In this document: positions 39,513 to 48,872 of the stretch, piece after piece
How positions within the stretch are numbered: position 1 is the stretch's first letter
How the letters are laid out: the number at the start of each line of letters is the position of its first letter
Assembly (NCBI GenBank): GCA_002841335.1
Contig: PHEY01000006.1
Span: 33,000 to 96,999 of the forward strand
Direction of reading: 5' to 3'
DNA length: 64,000 bases
Source of the DNA: Actinobacteria bacterium HGW-Actinobacteria-2
Lineage (GTDB): Bacteria; Actinomycetota; Actinomycetes; Propionibacteriales; Propionibacteriaceae
Notes under the pieces: generated by a model
The model's database searches: none
What the model saw: the letters and a program-made list of their open reading frames with translations, nothing else
What the model was told of the DNA's origin: nothing
Program-made: the position numbers and the translations under genes

Positions 39513-40721
39513 GTGGGCGCCAACGAGCTGCTCGCCGAGATCGAGGCGATCGGACGCACCGCCGCCGGCGGCTACACCCGCACCGCCTGGGATGCGCCGA
39601 CCATGGAGCTGCGCGACTGGTTCGCCGGGCAGGCGTCCGCGCTCGGCCTGGAGCTGGACGAGGACGGCAACGGCAATCAGATCGCTTGGTGGACCGGTCG
39701 CGGGTGGGGCGACGGTGACGACGCCCTGCTGATCGGCTCGCATCTGGACTCGGTCTACTCCGGCGGCCCGCTGGACGGTCCGCTGGGGGTGGCGTCCGCG
39801 TTGGCCGCGGTGGCTGAGCTGAAGGCGTCCGGCTGGCAGCCGCCGCGTCCGATCGCGGTGGCGAACTTCACCGACGAGGAGGGCGCCCGCTTCGGGGTGG
39901 CCTGTATCGGCTCCCGGTTGGCCAGCGGCGCGATGGCCGCCGATGCCGCGCTCGCCCTGCGCGACCAGGACGGCAACTCGCTGGCCGAGGTGATGGCCGC
40001 CCGCGGCCGCGACCCGCGCGCCGCCGGACCGGCCGCCTGGCTGCACCGGATCGGACGCTTCGTCGAACTGCACGTCGAGCAAGGCCGCTGGCTGGCGCCG
40101 AACGAGGCCGCGGTCGGCGTGGCCACCGCGATCTGGCCGCACGGCCGCTACCGTCTCGACTTCTGCGGCCAGGGCAATCACGCCGGAGCCACCGCGATGG
40201 CCGACCGGCACGACCCGATGCTCACCTACGCGGCCACCGTCCTGGCTGCCCGGGAGCTGGCGGTTGGCGGCGGCCAGCGCGCCACCATGGGCCGGGTGCA
40301 GGTCGATCCGGGCAGCACCAATTCGATCCCGTCGCGGGTCACCGCCTGGCTGGACGCCCGCGCCGAGACTGAACCCGCACTGGACGCCCTGGTCAGCGCG
40401 TTGATCGCGCGGGCCGAGCAGGCCGCGTCCGGCGACGGGGTATCGATGGAGTTCACTGCGGAATCGACCACCCCGGCGGTGAGCTTCGATGCCGGTCTGC
40501 GTGACCGGATCGCCGCACTGATCGACGCCCCGGTGTTGGCCACCGGTGCCGGGCACGACGCGGGCATTCTGGCCGCGGTGCTGCCGACGGCCATGCTGTT
40601 CGTGCGCAACCCGACGGGCATCTCGCACGCACCCGAGGAGTCCTCGACGCCGTCCGACATCGACGCCGGAGTGGCCGCACTGACCGCGGTGGTCAAGGAC
40701 CTGGCCGGGGAGGCTCGATGA
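39513..40721 (+). CDS. M20-family Zn amidohydrolase (allantoate amidohydrolase / N-carbamoyl-amino-acid hydrolase type), hut-cluster associated
   Basis: 402 aa. Contains IGSHLDSV and NFTDEEGARFG. Its position between hutU and the hutF-like gene is the arrangement I recall from actinobacterial hut clusters. Confidence 0.7.
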   Translation: MGANELLAEIEAIGRTAAGGYTRTAWDAPTMELRDWFAGQASALGLELDEDGNGNQIAWWTGRGWGDGDDALLIGSHLDSVYSGGPLDGPLGVASALAAVAELKASGWQPPRPIAVANFTDEEGARFGVACIGSRLASGAMAADAALALRDQDGNSLAEVMAARGRDPRAAGPAAWLHRIGRFVELHVEQGRWLAPNEAAVGVATAIWPHGRYRLDFCGQGNHAGATAMADRHDPMLTYAATVLAARELAVGGGQRATMGRVQVDPGSTNSIPSRVTAWLDARAETEPALDALVSALIARAEQAASGDGVSMEFTAESTTPAVSFDAGLRDRIAALIDAPVLATGAGHDAGILAAVLPTAMLFVRNPTGISHAPEESSTPSDIDAGVAALTAVVKDLAGEAR

Positions 40722-41863
40722 CCACCTTCCCCGGCTTCGCGAACTGCCATTCACACGCCTTTCATCGGGCGCTGCGGGGTAGGCGTCCGCGCCCACAAAC
40801 CTCGCAGACGGCGGACTTCTGGGGCTGGCGCGACGGCATGTACGCGCTCGCCGCCACGCTGACCCCCGACGACTACCACCGGCTGGCCCGGGCGACCTTC
40901 GCCGAGATGCGGCTCGCCGGGTACGAATCGGTGGGGGAGTTCCACTACCTGCACCACGGCCCGGACGGGGTTGCCTACGCCGAGCCGAACGCGATGGCCG
41001 AGGCCGTGATCGAGGCCGCCCGCGACGTCGGGCTGCGGATCTGCCTGCTGCACACCCGCTATGCCCGCGCCGGCTTCGGCGAGGCCGAACTCGATCCGGT
41101 GCAGCGGCGCTTCGTCGATGCTGATCTGGCCGCCTGGCAAGCACGGACGTCCGCCCTGGCTGCCCGCTACGCCGAAGATCCGCTGGTGGTGATCGGTACG
41201 GCCATCCACTCGGTGCGCGCGGTGCCGGCTACCGAATTCGCCGCGATTGCGGCCACGCTGGCGTCAGCACCGCTGCACGTCCATGTCTCCGAACAGCCCG
41301 CCGAGAACGCCGACTGCCTGGCCGCGACCGGCCGTACTCCGGTGCAGCTGCTGGCCGACGCCGGGGTGTGGTCGCCGCGGACCACCGCCGTCCACGCCAC
41401 CCACCTGACCTCGGCCGATGTCGCCGTCCTGGGGGCGGCGCAGGCGAACGTGTGCTTCTGCCCGACCACCGAGGCCGAGCTGGCCGACGGCATCGGGCCG
41501 AGCGTGGCGCTGCGTGCGGCCGGCGCGACGATCACCTTGGGCAGCGACTCCAACACCGTTATCGACGGCTTCGCCGAAGCCCGCGCTTTGGCGATGCACG
41601 AACGGCTCGCCTCCGGTCGCCGCGACGGCTGGGACGCCGCACAGCTGTGGGCCGCCGCGAGCGCCGACGGCCACGCCAGCCTGGGCTTCGCGGACGCGGC
41701 GATTTCCCCGCGAGGGCTGGTCGCTTCGGTGCAGACTGCGGGCGTGAGCGATGAGCTGTGGGCGGCGAATGCCGCCCAGGTCGTGCCTCCGGTCGAGCTC
41801 GACCCGGCACAGGTCGCCGACGACCTCAGCGCGATCATCGACGAGCTGTGGAGCCGGCTGTGA
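40718..41863 (+). CDS. hutF: formimidoylglutamate deiminase-like amidohydrolase, short form
   Basis: Starts directly at the metal-binding [17 protein letters not shown]. 381 aa. Contains HVSEQ and GSDSN. Confidence 0.7.
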   Translation: MTTFPGFANCHSHAFHRALRGRRPRPQTSQTADFWGWRDGMYALAATLTPDDYHRLARATFAEMRLAGYESVGEFHYLHHGPDGVAYAEPNAMAEAVIEAARDVGLRICLLHTRYARAGFGEAELDPVQRRFVDADLAAWQARTSALAARYAEDPLVVIGTAIHSVRAVPATEFAAIAATLASAPLHVHVSEQPAENADCLAATGRTPVQLLADAGVWSPRTTAVHATHLTSADVAVLGAAQANVCFCPTTEAELADGIGPSVALRAAGATITLGSDSNTVIDGFAEARALAMHERLASGRRDGWDAAQLWAAASADGHASLGFADAAISPRGLVASVQTAGVSDELWAANAAQVVPPVELDPAQVADDLSAIIDELWSRL

Positions 41864-42996
41864 GCACCGCCATTCGCGGTATCGGGGAACTGGTCACCTG
41901 GGACGACGACCAGCCGATCCGCCACGACGCCGGCCTGGTGATCGACGACGGCCGGGTGGCTTGGGTAGGGGCGTCCGATCAGACGCCGGCGGCCGATGAG
42001 GTGATCGAGGCCGATGGTGCCGCGGTGATCCCCGGCTTCGTCGACTCTCACACCCACCTGGTCTTCGCCGGTGACCGTGCCGAAGAGTTCGCCGCCCGGA
42101 TGGCCGGACGTCCCTATGAAGCCGGCGGGATTCGCACCACCGTGGCGGCTACTCGCGCCGCCAGTGCCGACGAACTGGCCGCGTTGGCCGGTGCGCGGCT
42201 GGCCGAGTTGCACGCCCAAGGCACCACCACCGTCGAGATCAAGTCCGGCTACGGGCTGGACGTCGCCACCGAGGCGCGCCTGCTGGAGGTGGCCGCGTCC
42301 CTGACCTCCGAGACCACTTACCTGGGTGCCCATGTGGTCCCGTCCGGGGTGGAGCCGACTGACTACGTCGCCCTGGTCACCGGCGAGATGCTGGCCGCCT
42401 GCGCGCCGCACGCGAGGTGGATCGACGTGTTCTGCGAGACCGGTGCTTTCGACGCCGATCAGGCGCGGACGGTGCTGCAAGCCGGGATGGCCGCAGGCCT
42501 GAAGCCGCGGATTCACGCCAATCAGTTGGGGTATGGCCCCGGCGTCCAGTTGGCTTGTGAGTTGGGCGCGGCGGCGGCCGACCATTGCACCTACCTCAGT
42601 GATGCCGACGTGTCTGCCCTGGCCGAGACCGGGGTGGTCGCGGGTCTGCTGCCGGGGGTGGAGTTCTCCACCCGGCACCCCTACCCGGACGCCCGGCGGC
42701 TGCTGCAGGCCGGAGTGCGGGTGGCGATCGCCACCGACTGCAACCCCGGCACGTCCTACACGTCCTCGATGCCGTTCTGCATCGCGCTGGCGGTCCGGGA
42801 GATGGGGCTGACTCCCACCGAAGCCCTCCACGCCGCCACCCAAGCCGGCGCCTGGTCGCTGCAACGCACCGACGTCGGCCACCTGCGCCTCGGTGCCCGC
42901 GCCGACCTGGCCATTCTGAACGCCCCTAGCCACCTCCACCTGGCTTACCGCCCCGGCGTCCCCCTGGTCGCCCGGGTCCTCCGCGCCTCCGCCTGA
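41860..42996 (+). CDS. hutI: imidazolonepropionase
   Basis: GTG 41860 overlaps the upstream stop. Contains [18 protein letters not shown] and TDCNPG. Confidence 0.9.
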   Translation: MSTAIRGIGELVTWDDDQPIRHDAGLVIDDGRVAWVGASDQTPAADEVIEADGAAVIPGFVDSHTHLVFAGDRAEEFAARMAGRPYEAGGIRTTVAATRAASADELAALAGARLAELHAQGTTTVEIKSGYGLDVATEARLLEVAASLTSETTYLGAHVVPSGVEPTDYVALVTGEMLAACAPHARWIDVFCETGAFDADQARTVLQAGMAAGLKPRIHANQLGYGPGVQLACELGAAAADHCTYLSDADVSALAETGVVAGLLPGVEFSTRHPYPDARRLLQAGVRVAIATDCNPGTSYTSSMPFCIALAVREMGLTPTEALHAATQAGAWSLQRTDVGHLRLGARADLAILNAPSHLHLAYRPGVPLVARVLRASA

Positions 42997-43062
42997 CTCC
43001 CGCTTCCGCGGTGGGACGTGAGGAACCGTCCCCGTCTCCCGGTGCTCCGCGAGTTCCCGCGC

Positions 43063-43325
43063 CGCTGGTTGGGCCCTCTGTCACGTCGTTGGTTGAGCAG
43101 GCCGCGGAGCGGCCGTGTCGAAACCTCTGGTGTGTTGGTGCGGAGTGGTTTCGACACGCTCACTTCGTTCGCTGCTCAACCAGCGGGGGAGGGGTCAACG
43201 AGTGGGGGGCGTCGTTGGTTGAGCGGGCCGCGGAGCTCTCTGTCGCGTCGTTGGTTGAGCAGGCCGCGGAGCTCTCTGTCGCGTCGTTGGTTGAGCAGGC
43301 CGCGGAGCGGCCGTGTCGAAACCCC
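43063..43325. repeat. REP/MITE-like repeat cluster 4, including three tandem 36-39-nt units
   Basis: Inverse unit at 43087-43125, forward unit at 43147-43186, and tandem CGTTGGTTGAGC(R)GGCCGCGGAGCTCTCTGTCGCGT units at 43213-43248, 43249-43284 and 43285-43323. Confidence 0.85.
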
Positions 43326-43332
43326 TGGAGCG

Positions 43333-43620
43333 CTACCCAGATCGTCGGGGTGGTCTAGACAGTCCCGGAAGGTCAGTCCAGCGCCCCTCGATGACGGCCA
43401 GCCGCTTCGCTCGGCTCCAGCCTTGGATCCGCTTCTCAAGGAGGTATGCAGTCGCGACCGACTCGAGTTCGGCCGCCCACGCGAGGCGGACGGGCAAGCG
43501 TTGAGCGGTGTACTTGGCGCCCATGCCACTCGCATGTTGCTCAAGTCGCTTGTCGAGATTGCGGGTGCTGCCCACGTAGAACGAGCCGTCCCTGCACTCA
43601 AGGATGTAGACCCACGCCAT
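43333..43620 (-). CDS. GIY-YIG nuclease-family small protein
   Basis: 95 aa from ATG 43620. Contains WVYILECRDGSFYVGSTRNLDKRLEQH...R (GIY-YIG core) and ..EKRIQGWSR. Confidence 0.8.
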   Translation of the reverse strand: MAWVYILECRDGSFYVGSTRNLDKRLEQHASGMGAKYTAQRLPVRLAWAAELESVATAYLLEKRIQGWSRAKRLAVIEGRWTDLPGLSRPPRRSG

Positions 43621-43707
43621 GCCGGGAGTCTCGACCTGCTGGCCGCGGGGCGGCCAGGGGCTTCGTCGCATCTGTGGACGGCGTAGGTCTGCGTCCACAG
43701 GGCTCAG

Positions 43708-43920
43708 GGTTTCGACACGCTCACTTCGTTCGCTGCTCAACCAGCGGGGGGGGGTGCTCGTCTAGCGGGTTCCCCACGTCGTTGGTTGAGCAGGTCGCGA
43801 AACGGCCGTGTCGAAACCTCTGGTGCTTCGTGCGGAGTGGTTTCGACACGCTCACTTCGTTCGCTGCTCAACCAGCGGGGGGAGGGGCAACCAGCGGGGG
43901 GAGGGGCAACCAGCGGGGCG
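43708..43920. repeat. REP/MITE-like repeat cluster 5 plus short tandem AACCAGCGGGGGGAGGGGC repeats
   Basis: Forward units at 43708-43747 and 43839-43878, inverse unit at 43780-43818. Three tandem ~19-nt repeats lie at 43868-43920. Confidence 0.85.
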
Positions 43921-43990
43921 ACCAACTTCGTGAATCTTTTTGAAATGACCGGTCAGTTCAACTACCCTGAAGGGGAGGAAGGAACTAACC

Positions 43991-44728
43991 GTGAGCATCG
44001 TGACCAGAACAGAAGCGCCCCGGCGCAGTGCAGAGACCACCATCGAGCCCGCCGTGCAAGCGCACGCCCTCCAGCTGGACGGCAAGCGCGGACGCATCTT
44101 CGGGCCCGTCGATCTCGAGCTGGCACCGGGCAGCATCACCCTGGTCACCGGACGGGCCGGCAGCGGCAAGACCTCGTTGCTGTTGACGCTGGTCGCACGG
44201 ATGAAGCCGAACCGCGGCAGCGACCTCACCGTCCTGGGACGCAAGCTCCCGGCCGGGCGGCGCTCGGTGCAGCTGCGCAGCGCGGCTGTTGGCGTCCATG
44301 GCCTCGACGATCTGGACGAAGAAGTGACCGTCGGGGCGACCCTGCGCGAGCGTGAGGCCTGGCTGGCTCCCTGGTACCGGATCGTCCGCACGCCCGACGA
44401 CGCCCGCGTGGCCGAGGTCTGCGCACCGGTCTTCGGCGACCTGCCCGCGCCCACAGCCAAGACCCTGATCCACCAGCTGCACGAGGCCGACAACCTGCTG
44501 TTCCGGCTCACCTTGGCGATGCTGAGCAAGCCCGAACTGATCGTCGTCGACGACATCGACTCCCTGCACGACACCGACGGACGCCGCCGCGTGTGGGAGT
44601 GCCTGCATGGCATCGCCGACACCGGCGTCACCGTGGTGGTGGCCGCCGCCGCAGCCGGCGAGTTGAGCCGACTCGGCTGGGCGGTCCTGCCGCAGCACGT
44701 CGCCCTTCCCACGCACGCCATCGGCTGA
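43991..44728 (+). CDS. ABC-ATPase-like protein with degenerate signature and Walker B motifs
   Basis: Walker A is GRAGSGKTS. Walker B-like is LIVVDDID, with no catalytic Glu. No LSGGQ signature is recognisable. GTG start follows GGGGAGGAAGG. Confidence 0.6.
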   Translation: MSIVTRTEAPRRSAETTIEPAVQAHALQLDGKRGRIFGPVDLELAPGSITLVTGRAGSGKTSLLLTLVARMKPNRGSDLTVLGRKLPAGRRSVQLRSAAVGVHGLDDLDEEVTVGATLREREAWLAPWYRIVRTPDDARVAEVCAPVFGDLPAPTAKTLIHQLHEADNLLFRLTLAMLSKPELIVVDDIDSLHDTDGRRRVWECLHGIADTGVTVVVAAAAAGELSRLGWAVLPQHVALPTHAIG

Positions 44729-44765
44729 GCCGCAGCGTCCGAACCCCTACTCACGAGCGAGAAAC

Positions 44766-47327
44766 ATGTTTGCCTGGACTTCGCACGGAACCGAACTGAA
44801 GCGGTTCACCCGTCAACCCATCACCCGCGCCGCGATCGCGGTCATGCTGCTCATCCCGCTGCTGTACGGCGCGATGTACGTGTGGGCCTTCTGGGATCCG
44901 ACGACCCGGATGAACGACTTGCCGGTCGCCCTGGTCAACTCCGACGTGGCCGCCAAGGACGACGACGGCACTCTGCAGCACTACGGCACCGATGTGGTCG
45001 ACGAACTCACCGATGACCAGGATCTCGGCTGGGTGGTGACCGACCCGACTTCGGCGGCCAAGGGGCTGGACGAGGGCAAGTACTACTTCTCGGTGACCAT
45101 CCCGGCCGACTTCACCGCCCGCATCAACGGTTTGGGCGGCAAGAACCCGCAGGCTGCGAACGTGCTGGTCTCCTACGACGACAGCAACTCCTTCCTGGCC
45201 ACCCGGCTGGGTCAGACCGCGATGCTGGAGCTGCAATCCGCGCTGCGGGAGAAGGTCGGCAAGGAGGCCGTCGACACGCTGCTGGTCGGGGTGGGGGACG
45301 CCCGGGACGGCTTCAACACCGCCTCTGACGGCGCCTTCCGTCTGGCCGACGGCCTCAGTGATGCCGTCGATGGCGCCGACAAGCTCAACGTAGGTGCCGC
45401 CCAGCTGGCCGCAGGCGCCAAGGCGCTGGCCGCCGGCACGACGGACGCCGCGACCGGAGCCGATCAACTCTCCACCGGCCTGGACGCCTACGTCACCGGA
45501 GTGAGCACGGCCGCGTCCGGTGCGCAGCAACTCAGTGACGGAGCAGCGGGCCTGAGCAGCCTCCAGGACGGCCTCGCGCAGGCCGCCGACCCGCACACCG
45601 GGGCGCCCGCGCTGGCGGCGGGCATTCAGCAGCTCGCCAGCAGCCTGTCCACGCTCACCGGCGGAGTGACCAGCTTCAACGCCGGCGCCCACAGCTTCTC
45701 CGCCGGCGCCGACACCTGGGTCGCCGGTGCGCAGACCTGGCGCAGCAGCGCGTACGCCGCAACCGGCGGTTCGCTGACCACGGCCACCACGCAGCTGGCC
45801 GACGGCGCCGACGGACTGGCCTCGGCCACCGCATCCGGCGGCACTCTGGCTAGCGGCGCCACGCAGGTCAGCAATGGCGCCAGCAGCCTGGCGTCCGGGC
45901 TGGGGGACGTGAACGCCGAGGTCGCCGCCGCAATGAAGCTGATCGACACCGACCCCGACCAGGCCAAGGCGATGCTGGCCGACGCGCAATCGCACCTGAG
46001 TGCGGCCAAGTCCAGCGCCGGCGACCTGGCCGACGGCGCCGATCAGGTCAGCAGTGGGATCGCCTCGGTGCACGCCGGTGCCTCCGATCTGGCCAGCGGC
46101 GCGAGCTCGCTGAAGGCCGGCTGGGGTCAGATCCACTCGGCCTTGGCTCCCGACTCCGAACTCGGCACGGGGCTCAGCGGGCTGGCCGCCGGCCAGCAAC
46201 AGTTGGCCACCGGCGCGGCCGGTCTGAGTGCCGGTGCGGCCCAGTTGGCCGACCCGACCACTGCGGCGCAGGTGCAGCAGTTGGTCACCGGCTCGCAGAC
46301 TCTGGCCACCGGGCTGACCACGATGAGCGCCGGTGCCGCCGACCCCCAGCACGGCATCCCCGCGCTGCAAGCCGGCGCGAAGGCGCTGGCCGCCGGGTTC
46401 ACCAACCCCGATCCGACCCAAGGCCTGGTCAGCGGCGCGAAGGCGCTGCAAGCCGGGGCCGACGCGCTGGCGTCCGGGCTGAGTCAGGCGCAGGCCGGCT
46501 CGTCCACGCTGAGTAACGGCGCGACCAAGCTGGCCGGCTCCACCCCGGCGCTGGCGTCTGGTCTGGTCGACGCCCACAGCGGGGCGGACGAACTGGGCAC
46601 CAAGCTCGCCGACGGTGCGGACGAGATCCCCAACGACAGCGCCACTGTGCGGGACGCCCGCGCCGAGGCCATCTCCGTCCCGGTCACCAACACCGAGTCT
46701 CACGTCTGGCCGGCGGATTCCTGGGGTGAGGGCTTCGCGCCGTTCTTCATCTCGCTGGCTCTGTGGGTGGGTGCGCTGATCACCTGGTTGCTGCTGCGTC
46801 CGCTGCAGACCCGGGCGCTGATGACCTCGGTCAACGGCTTGCGGATGGCCTGGGGTTCGCTGAACTCCGCGCTGCTGCTCTCGGTCGGCCAGGTGGCGAT
46901 CATGCTCACTGTGATGCACTTCGCGATCGGGCTGAACCCGAAGAATGTGCTGGCCACCGTGCTGTTCAGCTTGCTCACCGCGGCCGCCTTCTTCGCCCTG
47001 CAGCAGTTCTTCCAGATCACCTTGGGATCGGCGGTCGGCAAGGTGGTGATCATCGTCCTGCTGATGGTGCAGTTGGCTTCGGCCGGTGGCACCTACCCGA
47101 TCCAGACCACGCCGGACTTCCTGCAGGCGATCAGCCCGTTCATGCCGATGACGTATGTGGTCAACGGTCTGCGCGAGGCGATCACCGGTGGCATCGAGGC
47201 GCGCTTCTGGGCATCGACAGCGGTGCTGGCTACGATCTTCGTGGTGTCGCTGCTGGCCAGCTCGGTGGCTGCGTCCCGCAAGCGGGTGTGGACGATGTCG
47301 CGGCTCCATCCGGCATTGAGCATCTAA
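44766..47327 (+). CDS. YhgE/Pip-domain membrane protein
   Basis: 853 aa. It has an N-terminal TM and a long Ala/Gly/Gln-rich helical-repeat ectodomain (..LAAGAKALAAG.., ..LQAGAKALAAG..). The C-terminus has 5 TM of ABC-2 type. Confidence 0.8.
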   Translation: MFAWTSHGTELKRFTRQPITRAAIAVMLLIPLLYGAMYVWAFWDPTTRMNDLPVALVNSDVAAKDDDGTLQHYGTDVVDELTDDQDLGWVVTDPTSAAKGLDEGKYYFSVTIPADFTARINGLGGKNPQAANVLVSYDDSNSFLATRLGQTAMLELQSALREKVGKEAVDTLLVGVGDARDGFNTASDGAFRLADGLSDAVDGADKLNVGAAQLAAGAKALAAGTTDAATGADQLSTGLDAYVTGVSTAASGAQQLSDGAAGLSSLQDGLAQAADPHTGAPALAAGIQQLASSLSTLTGGVTSFNAGAHSFSAGADTWVAGAQTWRSSAYAATGGSLTTATTQLADGADGLASATASGGTLASGATQVSNGASSLASGLGDVNAEVAAAMKLIDTDPDQAKAMLADAQSHLSAAKSSAGDLADGADQVSSGIASVHAGASDLASGASSLKAGWGQIHSALAPDSELGTGLSGLAAGQQQLATGAAGLSAGAAQLADPTTAAQVQQLVTGSQTLATGLTTMSAGAADPQHGIPALQAGAKALAAGFTNPDPTQGLVSGAKALQAGADALASGLSQAQAGSSTLSNGATKLAGSTPALASGLVDAHSGADELGTKLADGADEIPNDSATVRDARAEAISVPVTNTESHVWPADSWGEGFAPFFISLALWVGALITWLLLRPLQTRALMTSVNGLRMAWGSLNSALLLSVGQVAIMLTVMHFAIGLNPKNVLATVLFSLLTAAAFFALQQFFQITLGSAVGKVVIIVLLMVQLASAGGTYPIQTTPDFLQAISPFMPMTYVVNGLREAITGGIEARFWASTAVLATIFVVSLLASSVAASRKRVWTMSRLHPALSI

Positions 47328-47337
47328 GGAACCGACC

Positions 47338-47922
47338 ATGACCGTGGCGAGCAAGCCGGACGGACGGGTGGCCCGACGAGAGGGCACCCGAGAGTTGATC
47401 ATGGCCGCGGCCACCGACTTGTTCGCCGCCCGTGGGGTGACGTCCACCTCGATCGATGACATCGCCGAGGCCGCAGGCATTGCCAAGGGCTCGATCTACT
47501 ACAACTTCGAGTCGAAGGCCGGTTTGGTGGAGGCGATTCTGGCTCGCAGCAGTGAGCTGCTCACCTTGGCGTTGGCCAAGGCCGGGGACGGCCGCCAGGG
47601 TCGGGAGTTGCAGGCGGCGGTGGTCACTGAGTTGCTGGCGTTGTTGCAGGCCCATCCCGGCGGCGCCCGGATGCTGGTGACCGAGCTGTTCCGCACCGAA
47701 CGCAGCTGGCGCGAAGCCATCCAGAACTGGCGCGGCCTCGCGCTCGCGCCGCTGATCGCCGACCTGGTGGCTCACGGCGTCCCGGCCGATCGGGCGCAAC
47801 TGCGTGCGGCGGCGATCGTCGGCGCCACCCTCACCGCCGGTCTGGAATGGCTGGTCTTCGACCCCGAACTCGATGCGGAGATCGTCCAGCAATCGGTGCT
47901 GGAGTCGCTGGGCCTGGCCTGA
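47338..47922 (+). CDS. TetR-family transcriptional regulator
   Basis: HTH is TSIDDIAEAAGIAKGSIYYNFESKAGL. Confidence 0.85.
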   Translation: MTVASKPDGRVARREGTRELIMAAATDLFAARGVTSTSIDDIAEAAGIAKGSIYYNFESKAGLVEAILARSSELLTLALAKAGDGRQGRELQAAVVTELLALLQAHPGGARMLVTELFRTERSWREAIQNWRGLALAPLIADLVAHGVPADRAQLRAAAIVGATLTAGLEWLVFDPELDAEIVQQSVLESLGLA

Positions 47923-48077
47923 TTGCGGCACGATAAGGCCGATAGTGCCGGTGCATTTCCCGGCCGCGTCCGGTACGTTCGACAGCGCGTTGCCATTGAC
48001 ATTCGATTGCCATGGCCGTGGGGAGACCGGTCGGTGGCGTTTCCGGTGCTCGGGGACTTCATGATTTCTTGAGGAGC

Positions 48078-48868
<791 letters not shown>

Positions 48869-48872
<4 letters not shown>

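Noticed and set aside
43213-43323. Three tandem 36-39-nt repeats that could be mistaken for a CRISPR array
   Set aside because: The units abut directly with no unique spacers. They are variants of the REP unit A found elsewhere, and no cas genes are present.
44751-47486. 911-aa ORF on the minus strand
   Set aside because: It is antisense to the YhgE/Pip gene, whose sense frame has recognisable TM and repeat architecture. Long stop-free antisense frames are expected at this GC content. The translation is Gly/Arg/Gln-rich low complexity.
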